Shown in pieces: positions 13,474 to 27,000 of a stretch of DNA of 64,000 nt. Location: contig NIVC01000822.1 of NCBI GenBank assembly GCA_002269645.1, positions 124,001-188,000 of the forward strand, given 5' to 3'. Every line of letters begins with the position of its first letter. Within the stretch, counting starts at the first letter, position 1. Below the pieces are notes generated by a model. That model worked only from the letters and a program-made list of their open reading frames with translations. It was not told the DNA's origin and searched no databases. This DNA comes from Macrostomum lignano. Lineage: Eukaryota. Made by a program: the position numbers and the translations under genes.

Positions 13474-16400
13474 TCCAATATACCAAAAATCAAAACTATG
13501 TACCTACCTACCTACCTATCTATCTATCTATAGGAACCTTCGTTTAACTTGACTTTGCGTGGTCCGAATTTCGTGGGATTTGCTGCATTCGATGCGTATT
13601 TTAGGTGCGCTGGTACACAAAATTTTGCTAAGAAATTGCTTCATTTTTTAGGGATTAAATATTCGAAAAACTCGATTTTTTGGCCCGTTTTTTTAAGTTC
13701 AAACAGTTTTTTTCGATTGAGAAGCATTCTGACTGCCGATGGAATTGTATTGCATCATTACTCCGTGCCAACTATAGCATTGGTTCTCTACACTCGCGTG
13801 GAGAGCTACAAGCGTTGAAAGGTTGCGCAACACATTTTAGTTATTGAAGTTGAGGGGCGGGGGTCGCTATTCAATTTGGCTTGGTTGTTAATTTCAATGC
13901 ATCAACTTGCAGGCTTCTCACTGTAGCTGGCGCTGAATGTACACCTTATGAATTTGAATGCTTTAAAGCAGGAATGTTGAATCGTTGTTTGTGCTTCGAG
14001 TTTTTCTTTTTCAGAAGAGAGCATTGTATTGCTAGAAAGAGCTTGAAACGCTGAGTTCGGGAATATAATTTGTTTGCTGTGATTCGAAAAATTAAAAGCA
14101 CATCATTAAAAAGAAGATTCCTATGAACTTTACTTTATTTACTGATTGTACGCTCTCCAATATCGCAAACTCCACAATTCCAGCCAGCCCCATTGAATTT
14201 AGATTTAGATTGCGTAACTATATTGGAGACTTTAAGTGAAACTGATACAGGCTGGCTGAGAAATTATGTCATAACTGCTTCGCGTGATTTACTCTGTGCG
14301 TGGAGTTTTGAAAGTGTTGAATTATATAAGTGCGACGATTTATGTTATCAAAACATAACGATGAGAGATAGCCTAGATGTAAACAGACTGACCTGCTAAT
14401 GCAGCGACGTGGGTTCGAATTTTTAGATTGTAGAAGTTGTTTATTAAAAAAATTTAATTTTTCACTTTTTAGCAATTTAATTTTTACTTTTAAGCAAAAG
14501 AAAACTAAAAAACATCAGGCAAATCAGTAGAAGAGAAGCTACGAGTATTCATGTAGTATATTCAAATTTATTTATTAAACTGAGATTCCAAGGCTAAGAG
14601 GGAATTCCTGAGATATCAAGGCGTGAGGGGAATTGCTGAGATGTCAAGGCTTTGCACGAGGAGAAATTGCTAGCTCGTAAGATGTCAAGACTTACTGGGG
14701 GAATTACTGAGATATAAAGGCTTATTGGGGGAATTACTGAGATGCCAAGGCTTAAGAGGGAATTGCTGAGATGTCAAGGCTTGGAGGGAAGTTCTGAGGT
14801 GTCAAGGCTTGGTGGGAATTGCTGAGATGTTAAGTCTTGGGGGGGAATTCTATGGATTGGGGAATCTTTGAACGAGAGATGCTTCTAACGGATATCTTGA
14901 GGAGATGAGGGGATTGTTTGGCCAAGAATTCTATTCATGGGCGGATTATTTGGATGGGAGATTCTTTGGATACTTTGAATGGGGGATTCTGTAGATGGGG
15001 ATTATTTGGACGTGGATTTTTTGAACGGAGTTTTTTAGATTAGGGTATTCTTTGGCCAATTATTCTTTTGATGGGAGAATCAATGGATAATGTGGATGGA
15101 GATTCTGTGGATGGGGATTATTTGAACGTGGATTATTTGCATGGAGATTCTTTGGAGGGGGATTCTTTAGATAGGAATGGATGGGGATGGATGGGAGGAT
15201 TCTTTGGATAGGGATAAACAGGGTCATTTTTTCGATAGGGATTGATGGGGGGGGGTTCTTTGGATATGGATGGATGGGGGATTCTTTGGATATGAATGGA
15301 TGGGGGGTTTCTTTGGATATGGATGGATGGGGGATTCTTTGGATATGGATGGATGGGGGATTCTTTGGATATGAATGGATGGGGGTTTATTTGGATATGC
15401 ATGGATTGGGGATTCTTTGGATATGGATGGATGGGGGGATTCTTTGGATATGGATGGATGGGAGATTCTTTGGATATGAATGGATGGGGGGTTTCTTTGG
15501 ATATGGATGGGTGGGGATTCTTTTGATGGGGATTCTGTGAATGAGGGATTCTTTTAATAGGGATTCTTTGGAAGGGGATTCTTTGCATGTGAGATTTTAT
15601 GGATGGGCAATGCATTGGATGGGAAATTCTTCAGATAGGAGAATTCCTTGAATGGGGAATTCTTCGGATCGGTGATTCTATCGATGGGAGGTTTTTTGGA
15701 TGGGGGATTATTTGTATCGTGGATTCTATGGGTGGTGTATTCTTTGGATGGGGGGTTCTTTGTATTGGGAGAGTCAGTTGGGTGAAATTTTATTGCGTGG
15801 GAAAACTGTGGTTGGAGTTTGGACGGAAAGCCCCAACGGGGGTTGGAATCGGCTAGCTGAGGAAATTGCTTCACCAATCTTGCTGGGGGTACTTTTATCA
15901 GGGGATGCTTGCTCGGAAGAGAATTCTTAAATGTCAAGATTTACAGGGGGGAATTATTGAGATACATGTATAAAATCCTACCTTGGGGAATTAATGAAGG
16001 CTTAAGAGGGACTTGCTGTGATGTCAAGGCTTAGGGGTAAATTTCTGAGATGTCAAATCTTATTGGGGAATTGCTGAGATGCCAAGGCTTAAGAGAGAGT
16101 TCCTGAGATTTCAAGACTTGGGAAGGAGAATTACTCAGATGTCAAGGCTTAGGGCAATTTCTGAGATGTCAAGGCTTGGGGGAATTTCTGAGATGTCAAG
16201 ACTTGGGGGAATTTCTGAGATGTCAAGGCTTGTGGGGGGAATCGCTGAGATGTGAAGGCTTAAAAGGAATTGCTGAGGTCTTAAGTCTTGGGGAGGGGAA
16301 TCGCTGAGATGCAAAGGCTTTGGACGGGGAGAAATTGCTAAGATGTCAAGACTTACTGGAGGAATTACTGAGATATGAAGGCTTACTGGGAGAATTACTG

Positions 16401-17442
16401 AGACATCAAGGCTTGGGGAGGGGAATTACTGAGATGTCAAAGCTTTGGACGAGGAGAAATTGGTAACATGTCAAGGCTTGCGCCGGAATTGCTTAGATGT
16501 CAATGCTTGGGGAAAATTTCTGAGGTGTCGAGGCTTGGGGGAATTGCTGAGATGTTTAATTCTTGGGGGAATTCTATAGATTGATGATTCTTTGGATGAG
16601 GGATGTTTCTAATGGATATCTTTGGATTCATTGATTCATTGGAAAATTTCTTCGGTGGGGCATTGTTTCGATGGAGGGTTTTTTGAATGGGGGATTCTAT
16701 AGATGAAGGATTCTTCAGATGGGGGTTATTTGAACGGGGGTTCTTTAGATGAGGGGATTCTGGGATTCATTGGCCAATTATTCTTTTGATGGGGGATTAT
16801 TTAAGGATGTGAATTATTCGGATGTGGATTCTTTGAAGGGGGGTCTTTTTGGAGGAGGATTTTTTTTGATATGGATGGTTAAGGGGATTATTTAAATAGG
16901 AATGGATAGGGAAATTCGTTAGATAGGGATGAATAGGAGGATACTTGGGATAGGGATGGATGGGGGGATTCTTTAGATAGGGATGGATAAGCGATTCTTT
17001 GGATAGAGGGTTTCTGTGGACGGGGATTTCTTGAATAAGGGATTCATTGGACGGGGAATTCTTCAGATGGGAGGATTCCTTAAATGGGGAATTCTTCGGA
17101 TCGGGGATTCTATCGATGGGATGGGATGGGAATGCGACGGGAAGGATGGGTATTCTTTGCATGTGAGATTCTATGGATGGGCGATTCATTAAATAGGGAA
17201 TTCTACAGATAGAGGATTCCTTGAATGGAGAATTCTTGGATCGGGGATTCTGTCAATGGGGGGTTTTTTGTGTGGTGATTCTTTGGATGAGGGATTTTTT
17301 GCATGTGAGATTATTTGCATCAAGGATTTTATGGATGAGAGATTCTTTAGATGGGGGGTTCAGTTGGGTGAATTTCTTTTGCGTGGGAAAACTTTGGTAG
17401 GAGTTCTGACGGAAAGCCCCAACGGGGGCTGGAATTGGCTAG
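13474..17442 (+). mobile_element. Non-autonomous Helitron family A, copy 2 (~4.0 kb), head-to-tail with copy 1
   Basis: Junction GGCTAG|TCCAATATACC. First ~1 kb closely similar to 9478-10500. Perfect hairpin AGCCCC-AACG-GGGGCT at 17415-17430 and CTAG at 17439-17442. Confidence 0.8.
14362..14422 (+). pseudogene. tRNA-like cassette inside Helitron A copy 2
   Basis: Homologous to 10420-10480; B box GGGTTCGAAT at 14411-14420. Confidence 0.5.
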
Positions 17443-18055
17443 TCCAATATACTAAAAATGAGTTGTCTGTATCTATCTATCTAGCTATGCGATAGATTTC
17501 AGAAAAATTGGCTCAACCGATTTTCTTCAAACTTGCACCATTTGATCAGAAATTTTCCTGGGACGGTGCATGCATCTTGGCTAAGAAATTGCTCAATTTT
17601 AAAGGGATTAAATATTCGAAAAACATGCTTTTTTGCAAAGGTCAAACAAACTTTTCGACTTGAAATGCATTGTAAGAATGCTAGAGAAAAAATTGACTGG
17701 TTGAATTCTGATTCTGAAATAGATTGCATCATAACTGAATTGTAACTCCGACTTGAATTGCGTCACAGTATTGAAAATGCAGTGTGGAAGCGTAGCACCA
17801 GACGTGATTTAGATTGCGAAACCATATTGTCAACTTTAATTGAGACTGATACTGACTTGCCTGGGAAATTGATTACTGAAACAGCTTCGTGAGTGAGTGT
17901 TGAATTATATAAGTGCTACAATTTCATTTATAAATACGATAAGAGCTAGCCTAGATGTGAACAGACTGGACTGCAAATGCAGCGACCTGGGTTCGAATCT
18001 TAGTAGTGAAAAGTTTTTTATTAAAAGCTTTTATTAACGGACAAATAAAGGACAA
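17443..18055 (+). mobile_element. Helitron family B 5' arm leading into the 23-bp satellite
   Basis: CTAG|TCCAATATACTAAAAATG then (TCTA)n. Shares the GCTAAGAAATTGCT...ATTAAATATTCGAAAAAC core with family A. tRNA-like cassette at 17940-18003. Confidence 0.75.
17940..18003 (+). pseudogene. tRNA-like cassette inside Helitron B left arm
   Basis: TAGCCTAGATG...GACTGCAAAT...GGGTTCGAATC; the loop reads GCA here versus GCT in the other copies. Confidence 0.5.
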
Positions 18056-21000
18056 AAGGCGTCATGTAAAAAATCATAGAAGCGTCATGTAAAAAATCAT
18101 AGAAGCGTCATGTAAAAAATTATAGAAGCGTCATGTAAAAAATCATAGAAGCGTCATGTAAAAAATCATAGAAGCGTCATGTAAAAAATCATAGAAGCGT
18201 CATGTAAAAAATCATAGAAGCGTCATGTAAAAAATCATAGAAGCGTCATGTAAAAAATCATAGAAGCGTCATGTAAAAAATCATGAAAGCGTCATGTAAA
18301 CAATCATGAAAGCGTCATGTAAAAAATCATAGAAGCGTCACGTAAAAAATCAAAGAAGCGTCATTTAAAAAATCATAGAAGCGTCATGAAAAAATCATAG
18401 AAGCGTCATGTAAAAAATCATAGAAGCGTCATGTAAAAAATCATAGAAGCGTCATGTAAACAATCAAAGAAGCGTCATGTAAAAAATCATAGAAGCGTCA
18501 TGTAAACAATCATAGAAGCGTCATGTAAACAATCAAAGAAGCGTCATGTAAACAATCATAGAAGCGTCATGTAGAGAATCATAGAAGCGTCATGTAAAAA
18601 ATCATAGAAGCGTCATGTAAAAAATCATAGAAGCGTCATGTAGAGAATCAAAGAAGCGTCATGTAAAAAATCATAGAAGCGTCATGTAAACAATCATAGA
18701 AGCGTCATGTAAAGAATCATAGAAGCGTCATGTAAAAAATCATAGAAGCGTCATGTAAAAAATAATAGAAGCGTCATGTAGAGAACCAAAGAAGCGTCAT
18801 GTAAAAAATCATAGAAGCGTCATGTAATCAATCATAGAAGCGTCATGTAAAAAATCATAGAAGCGTCATGTAGAGAATCAAAGAAGCGTCATGTAAACAA
18901 ACATAGAAGCGTCATGTAAAAAATCATAGAAGCGTCATGTAAAAAATTATAGAAGCGTCATGTAAAAAATCATAGAAGCGTCATGTAAACAATAATAGAA
19001 GCGTCATGTAAAAAATCATAGAAGCGTCATGTAAAAAATCATGAAAGCGTCATGTAAACAATCATGAAAGCGTCATGTAAAAAATCATAGAAGCGTCATG
19101 TAAAAAATCATAGAAGCGTCATGTAAAAAATCATAGAAGCGTCATGTAAACAATCAAAGAAGCGTCATGTAAAAAATCATAGAAGCGTCATGTAAACAAT
19201 CATAGAAGCGTCATGTAAACAATCAAAGCAGCGTAATGTAAACAATCATAGAAGCGTCATGTAGAGAATCAAAGAAGCGTCATGTAAACAAACATAGAAG
19301 CGTCATGTAAAAAATTATAGAAGCGTCATGTAAAAAATCATAGAAGCGTCATGTAAAAAATCATAGAAGCGTCATGTAAACAATCATAGAAGCGTCATGT
19401 AAACAATCAAAGAAGCGTCATGTAAACAAACATAGAAGCGTCATGTAAACAATCATAGAAGCGTCATGTAAAAAATCATAGAAGCGTCATGTAAAAAATC
19501 ATAGAAGCGTCATGTAAAAAATCATAGAAGCCTTATATAAAAACTAATGGAAGTGTCATTTGAGAAATCATAGAAGCGTCATGAAGAATAAAAGAAGCGT
19601 CATGTAAACAATCATAGAAGCGTCATGTAAAAAATCATAGAAGCGTCATGTAAAAAATCATAGAAGCCTTATATAAAAACTAATGGAAGTGTCATTTGAG
19701 AAATCATAGAAGCGTCATGAAGAATAAAAGAAGCGTCATGTCAACAATCAAAGAAGCGTCATGTAAACAATCAAGAAAGCGTCATGTAAAAAATCGTAGA
19801 AGCGTCATGTAAAAAATCAAAGAAGCGTCATGTAAACAATCATGAAAGCGTCATGTAAAAAATCGTAGAAGCGTCATGTAAAAAATCATAGAATCGTCGT
19901 GTAAACAATCATAGAAGCGTTATGTAAAAAATCATAGAAGCGTCATGTAAACAATCAAAGAAGCGTCATGTAAAAAATCAAAGAAGCGTCATGTAAACAA
20001 TCATAGAAGCGTCATGTAAAAAATAATAGAAGCGTCATGTAAAAAATCATAGAAGCGTCATGTAAACAATCAAAGAAGCGTCATGTAAACAATCATAGAA
20101 GCGTCATGTAAAAAATCATAGAAGCGTCATGTAGAGAATCAAAGAAGCGTCATGTAAACAATCAAAGAAGCGTCATGTAAAAAATCATAGAAGCGTCATG
20201 TAAACAATCATAGAAGCGTCATGTAGAGAATCATAGAAGCGTCATGTAAAAAATCATAGAAGCGTCATGTAAAAAATCATAGAAGCGTCATGTAGAGAAC
20301 CATAGAAGCGTCATGTAAAAAATCATAGAAGCGTCATGTAAACAATCATAGAAGCGTCATGTAAAAAATCATAGAAGCGTCATGCAGAGAATCAAAGAAG
20401 CGTCATGTAAACAAACATAGAAGCGTCATGTAAAAAATTATAGAAGCGTCATGTAAAAAAATTATAGAAGCGTCATGTAAAAAATCATAGAAGCGTCATG
20501 TAAAAAATCATAGATGCGTCATGTAAAAAATCATAGAAGCGTCATGTAAAAAATCATAGAAGCGTCATGTAAAAAATCATAGAAGCGTCATGTAAAAAAT
20601 CATGAAAGCGTCATGTAAACAATCATGAAAGCGTCATGTAAAAAATGATAGAAGCGTCATGTAAAAAATCAAAGAAGCGTCATTTAAAAAATCATAGAAG
20701 CGTCATGAAAAAATCATAGAAGCGTCATGTAAAAAATCATAGAAGCGTCATGTAAACAATCATAGAAGCGTTATGTAAACAATCAAAGAAGCGTCATGTA
20801 AAAAATCATAGAAGCGTCATGTAAACAATCATAGAAGCGTCATGTAAACAATCAAAGAAGCGTCATGTAAACAATCATAGAAGCGTCATGTAAAAAATCA
20901 TAGAAGCGTCATGTAAACAATCATAGAAGCGTCATGTAAAAAATCATAGAAGCGTCATGTAGAGAATCAAAGAAGCGTCATGTAAAAAATCATAGAAGCG

Positions 21001-24000
21001 TCATGTAAACAATCATAGAAGCGTCATGTAAAGAATCATAGGAGCGTCATGTAAAAAATCATAGAAGCGTCATGTAAAAAATAATAGAAGCGTCATGTAG
21101 AGAACCAAAGAAGCGTCATGTAAAAAATCATAGAAGCGTCATGTAATCAATCATAGAAGCGTCATGTAAAAAATCATAGAAGCGTCATGTAGAGAATCAA
21201 AGAAGCGTCATGTAAACAAACATAGAAGCGTCATGTAAAAAATTATAGAAGCGTCATGTAAAAAATTATAGAAGCGTCATGTAAAAAATCATAGAAGCGT
21301 CATGTAAACAATAATAGAAGCGTCATGTAAAAAATCATAGAAGCGTCATGTAAAAAATCATGAAAGCGTCATGTAAACAATCATGAAAGCGTCATGTAAA
21401 AAATCATAGAAGCGTCATGTAAAAAATCATAGAAGCGTCATGTAAAAAATCATAGAAGCGTCATGTAAACAATCAAAGAAGCGTCATGTAAAAAATCATA
21501 GAAGCGTCATGTAAACAATCATAGAAGCGTCATGTAAACAATCAAAGAAGCGTAATGTAAACAATCATAGAAGCGTCATGTAGAGAATCAAAGAAGCGTC
21601 ATGTAAACAAACATAGAAGCGTCATGTAAAAAATTATAGAAGCGTCATGTAAAAAATCATAGAAGCGTCATGTAAAAAATCATAGAAGCGTCATGTAAAC
21701 AATCATAGAAGCGTCATGTAAACAATCAAAGAAGCGTCATGTAAACAAACATAGAAGCGTCATGTAAACAATCATAGAAGCGTCATGTAAAAATCATAGA
21801 AGCGTCATGTAAAAAATCATAGAAGCGTCATGTAAAAAATCATAGAAGCCTTATATAAAAACTAATGGAAGTGTCATTTGAGAAATCATAGAAGCGTCAT
21901 GAAGAATAAAAGAAGCGTCATGTAAACAATCATAGAAGCGTCATGTAAAAAATCATAGAAGCCTTATATAAAAACTAATGGAAGTGTCATTTGAGAAATC
22001 ATAGAAGCGTCATGAAGAATAAAAGAAGCGTCATGTCAACAATCAAGAAGCGTCATGTAAACAATCAAGAAAGCGTCATGTAAAAAATCGTAGAAGCGTC
22101 ATGTAAAAAATCAAAGAAGCGTCATGTAAACAATCATGAAAGCGTCATGTAAAAAATCGTAGAAGCGTCATGTAAAAAATCATAGAAGCGTCGTGTAAAC
22201 AATCATAGAAGCGTTATGTAAAAAATCATAGAAGCGTCATGTAAACAATCAAAGAAGCGTCATGTAAAAAATCAAAGAAGCGTCATGTAAACAATCATAG
22301 AAGCGTCATGTAAAAAATCATGAAAGCGTCATGTAAACAATCATAGAAGCGTCATGTAAACAATCAAAGAAGCGTCATGTAAACAATCATAGAAGCGTCA
22401 TGTAAAAAATCATAGAAGCGTCATGTAGAGAATCAAAGAAGCGTCATGTAAACAATCAAAGAAGCGTCATGTAAAAAATCATAGAAGCGTCATGTAAACA
22501 ATCATAGAAGCGTCATGTAGAGAATCATAGAAGCGTCATGTAAAAAAGTCATAGAAGCGTCATGTAAAAAATCATAGAAGCGTCATGTAGAGAACCATAG
22601 AAGCGTCATGTAAAAAATCATAGAAGCGTCATGTAAACAATCATAGAAGCGTCATGTAAAAAATCATAGAAGCGTCATGCAGAGAATCGAAGAAGCGTCA
22701 TGTAAACAAACATAGAAGCGTCATGTAAAAAATCATAGAAGCGTCATGTAAAAAATCAAAGAAGCGTCATTTAAAAAATCATAGAAGCGTCATGAAAAAA
22801 TCATAGAAGCGTCATGTAAAAAATCATAGAAGCGTCATGTAAAAAATCATAGAAGCGTCATGTAAACAATCAAAGAAGCGTCATGTAAAAAATCATAGAA
22901 GCGTCATGTAAACAATCATAGAAGCGTCATGTAAACAATCAAAGAAGCGTAATGTAAACAATCATAGAAGCGTCATGTAGAGAATCAAAGAAGCGTCATG
23001 TAAACAAACATAGAAGCGTCATGTAAAAAATTATAGAAGCGTCATGTAAAAAATCATAGAAGCGTCATGTAAAAAATCATAGAAGCGTCATGTAAAAAAT
23101 CATAGAAGCGTCATGTAAAAAATCATAGAAGCCTTATATAAAAACTAATGGAAGTGTCATTTGAGAAATCATAGAAGCGTCATGAAGAATAAAAGAAGCG
23201 TCATGTAAACAATCATAGAAGCGTCATGTAAAAAATCATAGAAGCGTCATGTAAAAAATCATAGAAGCCTTATATAAAAAGTAATGGAAGTGTCATTTGA
23301 GAAATCATAGAAGCGTCAAGAAAAAAAGAAGCGTCATGTAAACAATCATAGAAGCGTCATGTAAAAATCATAGAAGCGTCATGTAAACAATCAAAGAAGC
23401 GTCATGTAAACAATCATGAAAGCGTCATGTAAAAAATCGTAGAAGCGTCATGTAAAAAATCAAAGAAGCGTCATGTAAAATATCATGAAAGCGTCATGTA
23501 AAAAATCGTAGAAGCGTCATGTAAAAATCATAGAAGCGTCATGTAAACAATCATAGAAGCGTCATGTAAAAAATCATAGAAGCGTCATGTAAACAATCAT
23601 AGAAGCGTCATGTAAAAATCATAGAAGCGTCATGTAAAAAATCATAGAAGCGTCATGTAAAAAATAATAGAAGCGTCATGTAAAACAAAGAAGCGTCATG
23701 TAAAAAATCATAGAAGCGTCATGTAATCAATCATAGAAGCGTCATGTAAAAAATCATAGAAGCGTCATGTAAGAATCAAAGAAGCGTCATGTAAACAAAC
23801 ATAGAAGCGTCATGTAAAAAATTATAGAAGCGTCATGTAAAAATTATAGAAGCGTCATGTAAAAAATCATAGAAGCGTCATGTAAACAATAATAGAAGCG
23901 TCATGTAAAAAATCATAGAAGCGTCATGTAAAAATCATGAAGCGTCATGTAAACAATCATGAAAGCGTCATGTAAAAAATCATAGAAGCGTCATGTAAAA

Positions 24001-27000
24001 AATCATAGAAGCGTCATGTAAAAAATCATAGAAGCGTCATGTAAACAATCAAAGAAGCGTCATGTAAAAAATCATAGAAGCGTCATGTAAACAATCATAG
24101 AAGCGTCATGTAAACAATCAAAGAAGCGTAATGTAAACAATCATAGAAGCGTCATGTAAAATCAAAGAAGCGTCATGTAAACAAACATAGAAGCGTCATG
24201 TAAAAATCATAGAAGCGTCATGTAAAAAATCATAGAAGCGTCATGTAAAAAATCATAGAAGCGTCATGTAAACAATCATAGAAGCGTCATGTAAACAATC
24301 AAAGAAGCGTCATGTAAACAAACATAGAAGCGTCATGTAAACAATCATAGAAGCGTCATGTAAAAAATCATAGAAGCGTCATGTAAAAAATCATAGAAGC
24401 GTCATGTAAAAAATCATAGAAGCCTTATATAAAAACTAATGAAGTGTCATGAAAATCATAGAAGCGTCATGAAAAAAAAGAAGCGTCATGTAAACAATCA
24501 TAGAAGCGTCATGTAAAAATCATAGAAGCGTCATGTAAAAAATCATAGAAGCCTTATATAAAAACTAATGAAGTGTCATTTGAGAAATCATAGAAGCGTC
24601 ATGAAGAATAAAAGAAGCGTCATGTAAACAATCATAGAAGCGTCATGTAAAAAATCATAGAAGCGTCAAGAAGAATAAAAGAAGCGTCATGTAAACAATC
24701 ATAGAAGCGTCATGTAAAAATCATAGAAGCGTCATGTAAAAATCATAGAAGCGTCATGTAAAAAATCATAGAAGCGTCATGTAAAAATCATAGAAGCGTC
24801 ATGTAAAAATCATAGAAGCGTCATGTAAAAAATCATAGAAGCGTCATGTAAACAATCATAGAAGCGTCATGTAAAAATCATAGAAGCGTCATGTAAACAA
24901 TCATAGAAGCGTCATGTAAAAAACCATAGAAGCGTCATGTAAAAAATCATAGAAGCGTCATGTAAAAATCAAGAAGCGTCATGTAAACAATCATAGAAGC
25001 GTCATGTAAAAATCATAGAAGCGTCATGTAAAAATCAAGAAGCGTCATGTAAAAAATCATAGAAGCGTCATGTAAAAATCATAGAAGCGTCATGTAAAAA
25101 ATCATAGAAGCGTCATGTAAAAATCATAGAAGCGTCATGTAAAAAATCATAGAAGCGTCATGTAAATCATAGAAGCGTCATGTAAAAATCATAGAAGCGT
25201 CATGTAAAAAATCATAGAAGCGTCATGTAAAAATCATAGAAGCGTCATGTAAAAAATCATAGAAGCGTCATGTAAAAAATCATAGAAGCGTCATGTAAAA
25301 AATCATAGAAGCGTCATGTAAAAATCATAGAAGCGTCATGTAAAAATCATAGAAGCGTCATGAAAAATCATAGAAGCGTCATGTAAAAATCATAGAAGCG
25401 TCATGTAAAAATCATAGAAGCGTCATGTAAAAAATCATAGAAGCGTCATGTAAAAAATCATAGAAGCGTCATGTAAAAATCATAGAAGCGTCATGTAAAA
25501 ATCATAGAAGCGTCATGTAAAAATCATAGAAGCGTCATGTAAACAATCATAGAAGCGTCATGTAAACAATCAAGAAGCGTCATGTAAAAATCATAGAAGC
25601 GTCATGTAAAAAATCATAGAAGCGTCATGTAAAAACATAGAAGCGTCATGTAAAAATCATAGAAGCGTCATGTAAAAATCATAGAAGCGTCATGTAAAAA
25701 TAGAAGCGTCATGTAAAAATCATAGAAGCGTCATGAAAAAAAAGAAGCGTCATGTAAAATCATAGAAGCGTCATGTAAAAATCATAGAAGCGTCATGTAA
25801 AAATCATAGAAGCGTCTTATAAAAAAAAGAAGCGTCATGTAAAAATCATAGAAGCGTCATGTAAAAAATCATAGAAGCGTCATGTAAACAATCATAGAAG
25901 CGTCATGTAAAAATCATAGAAGCGTCATGTAAAAAATCATAGAAGCGTCATGTAAAAAATCATAGAAGCGTCATGTAAAAATCATAGAAGCGTCATGTAA
26001 AAATCATAGAAGCGTCATGTAAAAATCATGAAGCGTCATGTAAACAATCATAGAAGCGTCATGTAAAAATCATAGAAGCGTCATGTAAACAATCATAGAA
26101 GCGTCATGTAAAAAATCATAGAAGCGTCATGTAAAAATCATAGAAGCGTCATGTAAAAAATCATAGAAGCGTCATGTAAAAAATCATAGAAGCGTCATGT
26201 AAAAATCATAGAAGCGTCATGTAAAAATCATAGAAGCGTCATGTAAACAATCATAGAAGCGTCATGTAAAAAATCATAGAAGCGTCATGTAAACAATCAT
26301 AAGAAGCGTCATGTAAAAAATCATAGAAGCGTCATGTAAAAAATCATAGAAGCGTCATGTAAAAAATCATAGAAGCGTCATGTAAAAAATCATAGAAGCG
26401 TCATGTAAACAATCAAGAAGCGTCATGTAAAAAATCATAGAAGCGTCATGTAAACAATCATAGAAGCGTCATGTAAAAAATCATAGAAGCGTCATGTAAA
26501 AAATCATAGAAGCGTCATGTAAAAATCAAAGAAGCGTCATGTAAACAATCATAGAAGCGTCATGTAAAAAATCATAGAAGCGTCATGTAAAATCATAGAA
26601 GCGTCATGTAAACAATCATAGAAGCGTCATGTAAAAAATCATAGAAGCGTCATGTAAACAATCATAGAAGCGTCATGTAAAAATCATAGAAGCGTCATGT
26701 AAAAAATCATAGAAGCGTCATGTAAAAATCATAGAAGCGTCATGTAAAAACATAGAAGCGTCATGTAAAAATCATAGAAGCGTCATGTAAAAATCATAGA
26801 AGCGTCATGTAAACAATCATAGAAGCGTCATGTAAAAAATCATAGAAGCGTCATGTAAAAATCATAGAAGCGTCATGTAAAAATCATAGAAGCGTCATGT
26901 AAAAATCATAGAAGCGTCATGTAAAAAATCATAGAAGCGTCATGTAAAAATCATAGAAGCGTCATGTAAACAATCAAGAAGCGTCATGTAAAAAATCATA

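Noticed and set aside
11701-17189. Pro/His- and Gly/Trp-rich ORFs
   Set aside because: Products of G-rich minisatellites on both strands.
10420-18003. Functional tRNA genes
   Set aside because: No acceptor stem, mismatched anticodon stem and a variable anticodon; embedded in repeats.
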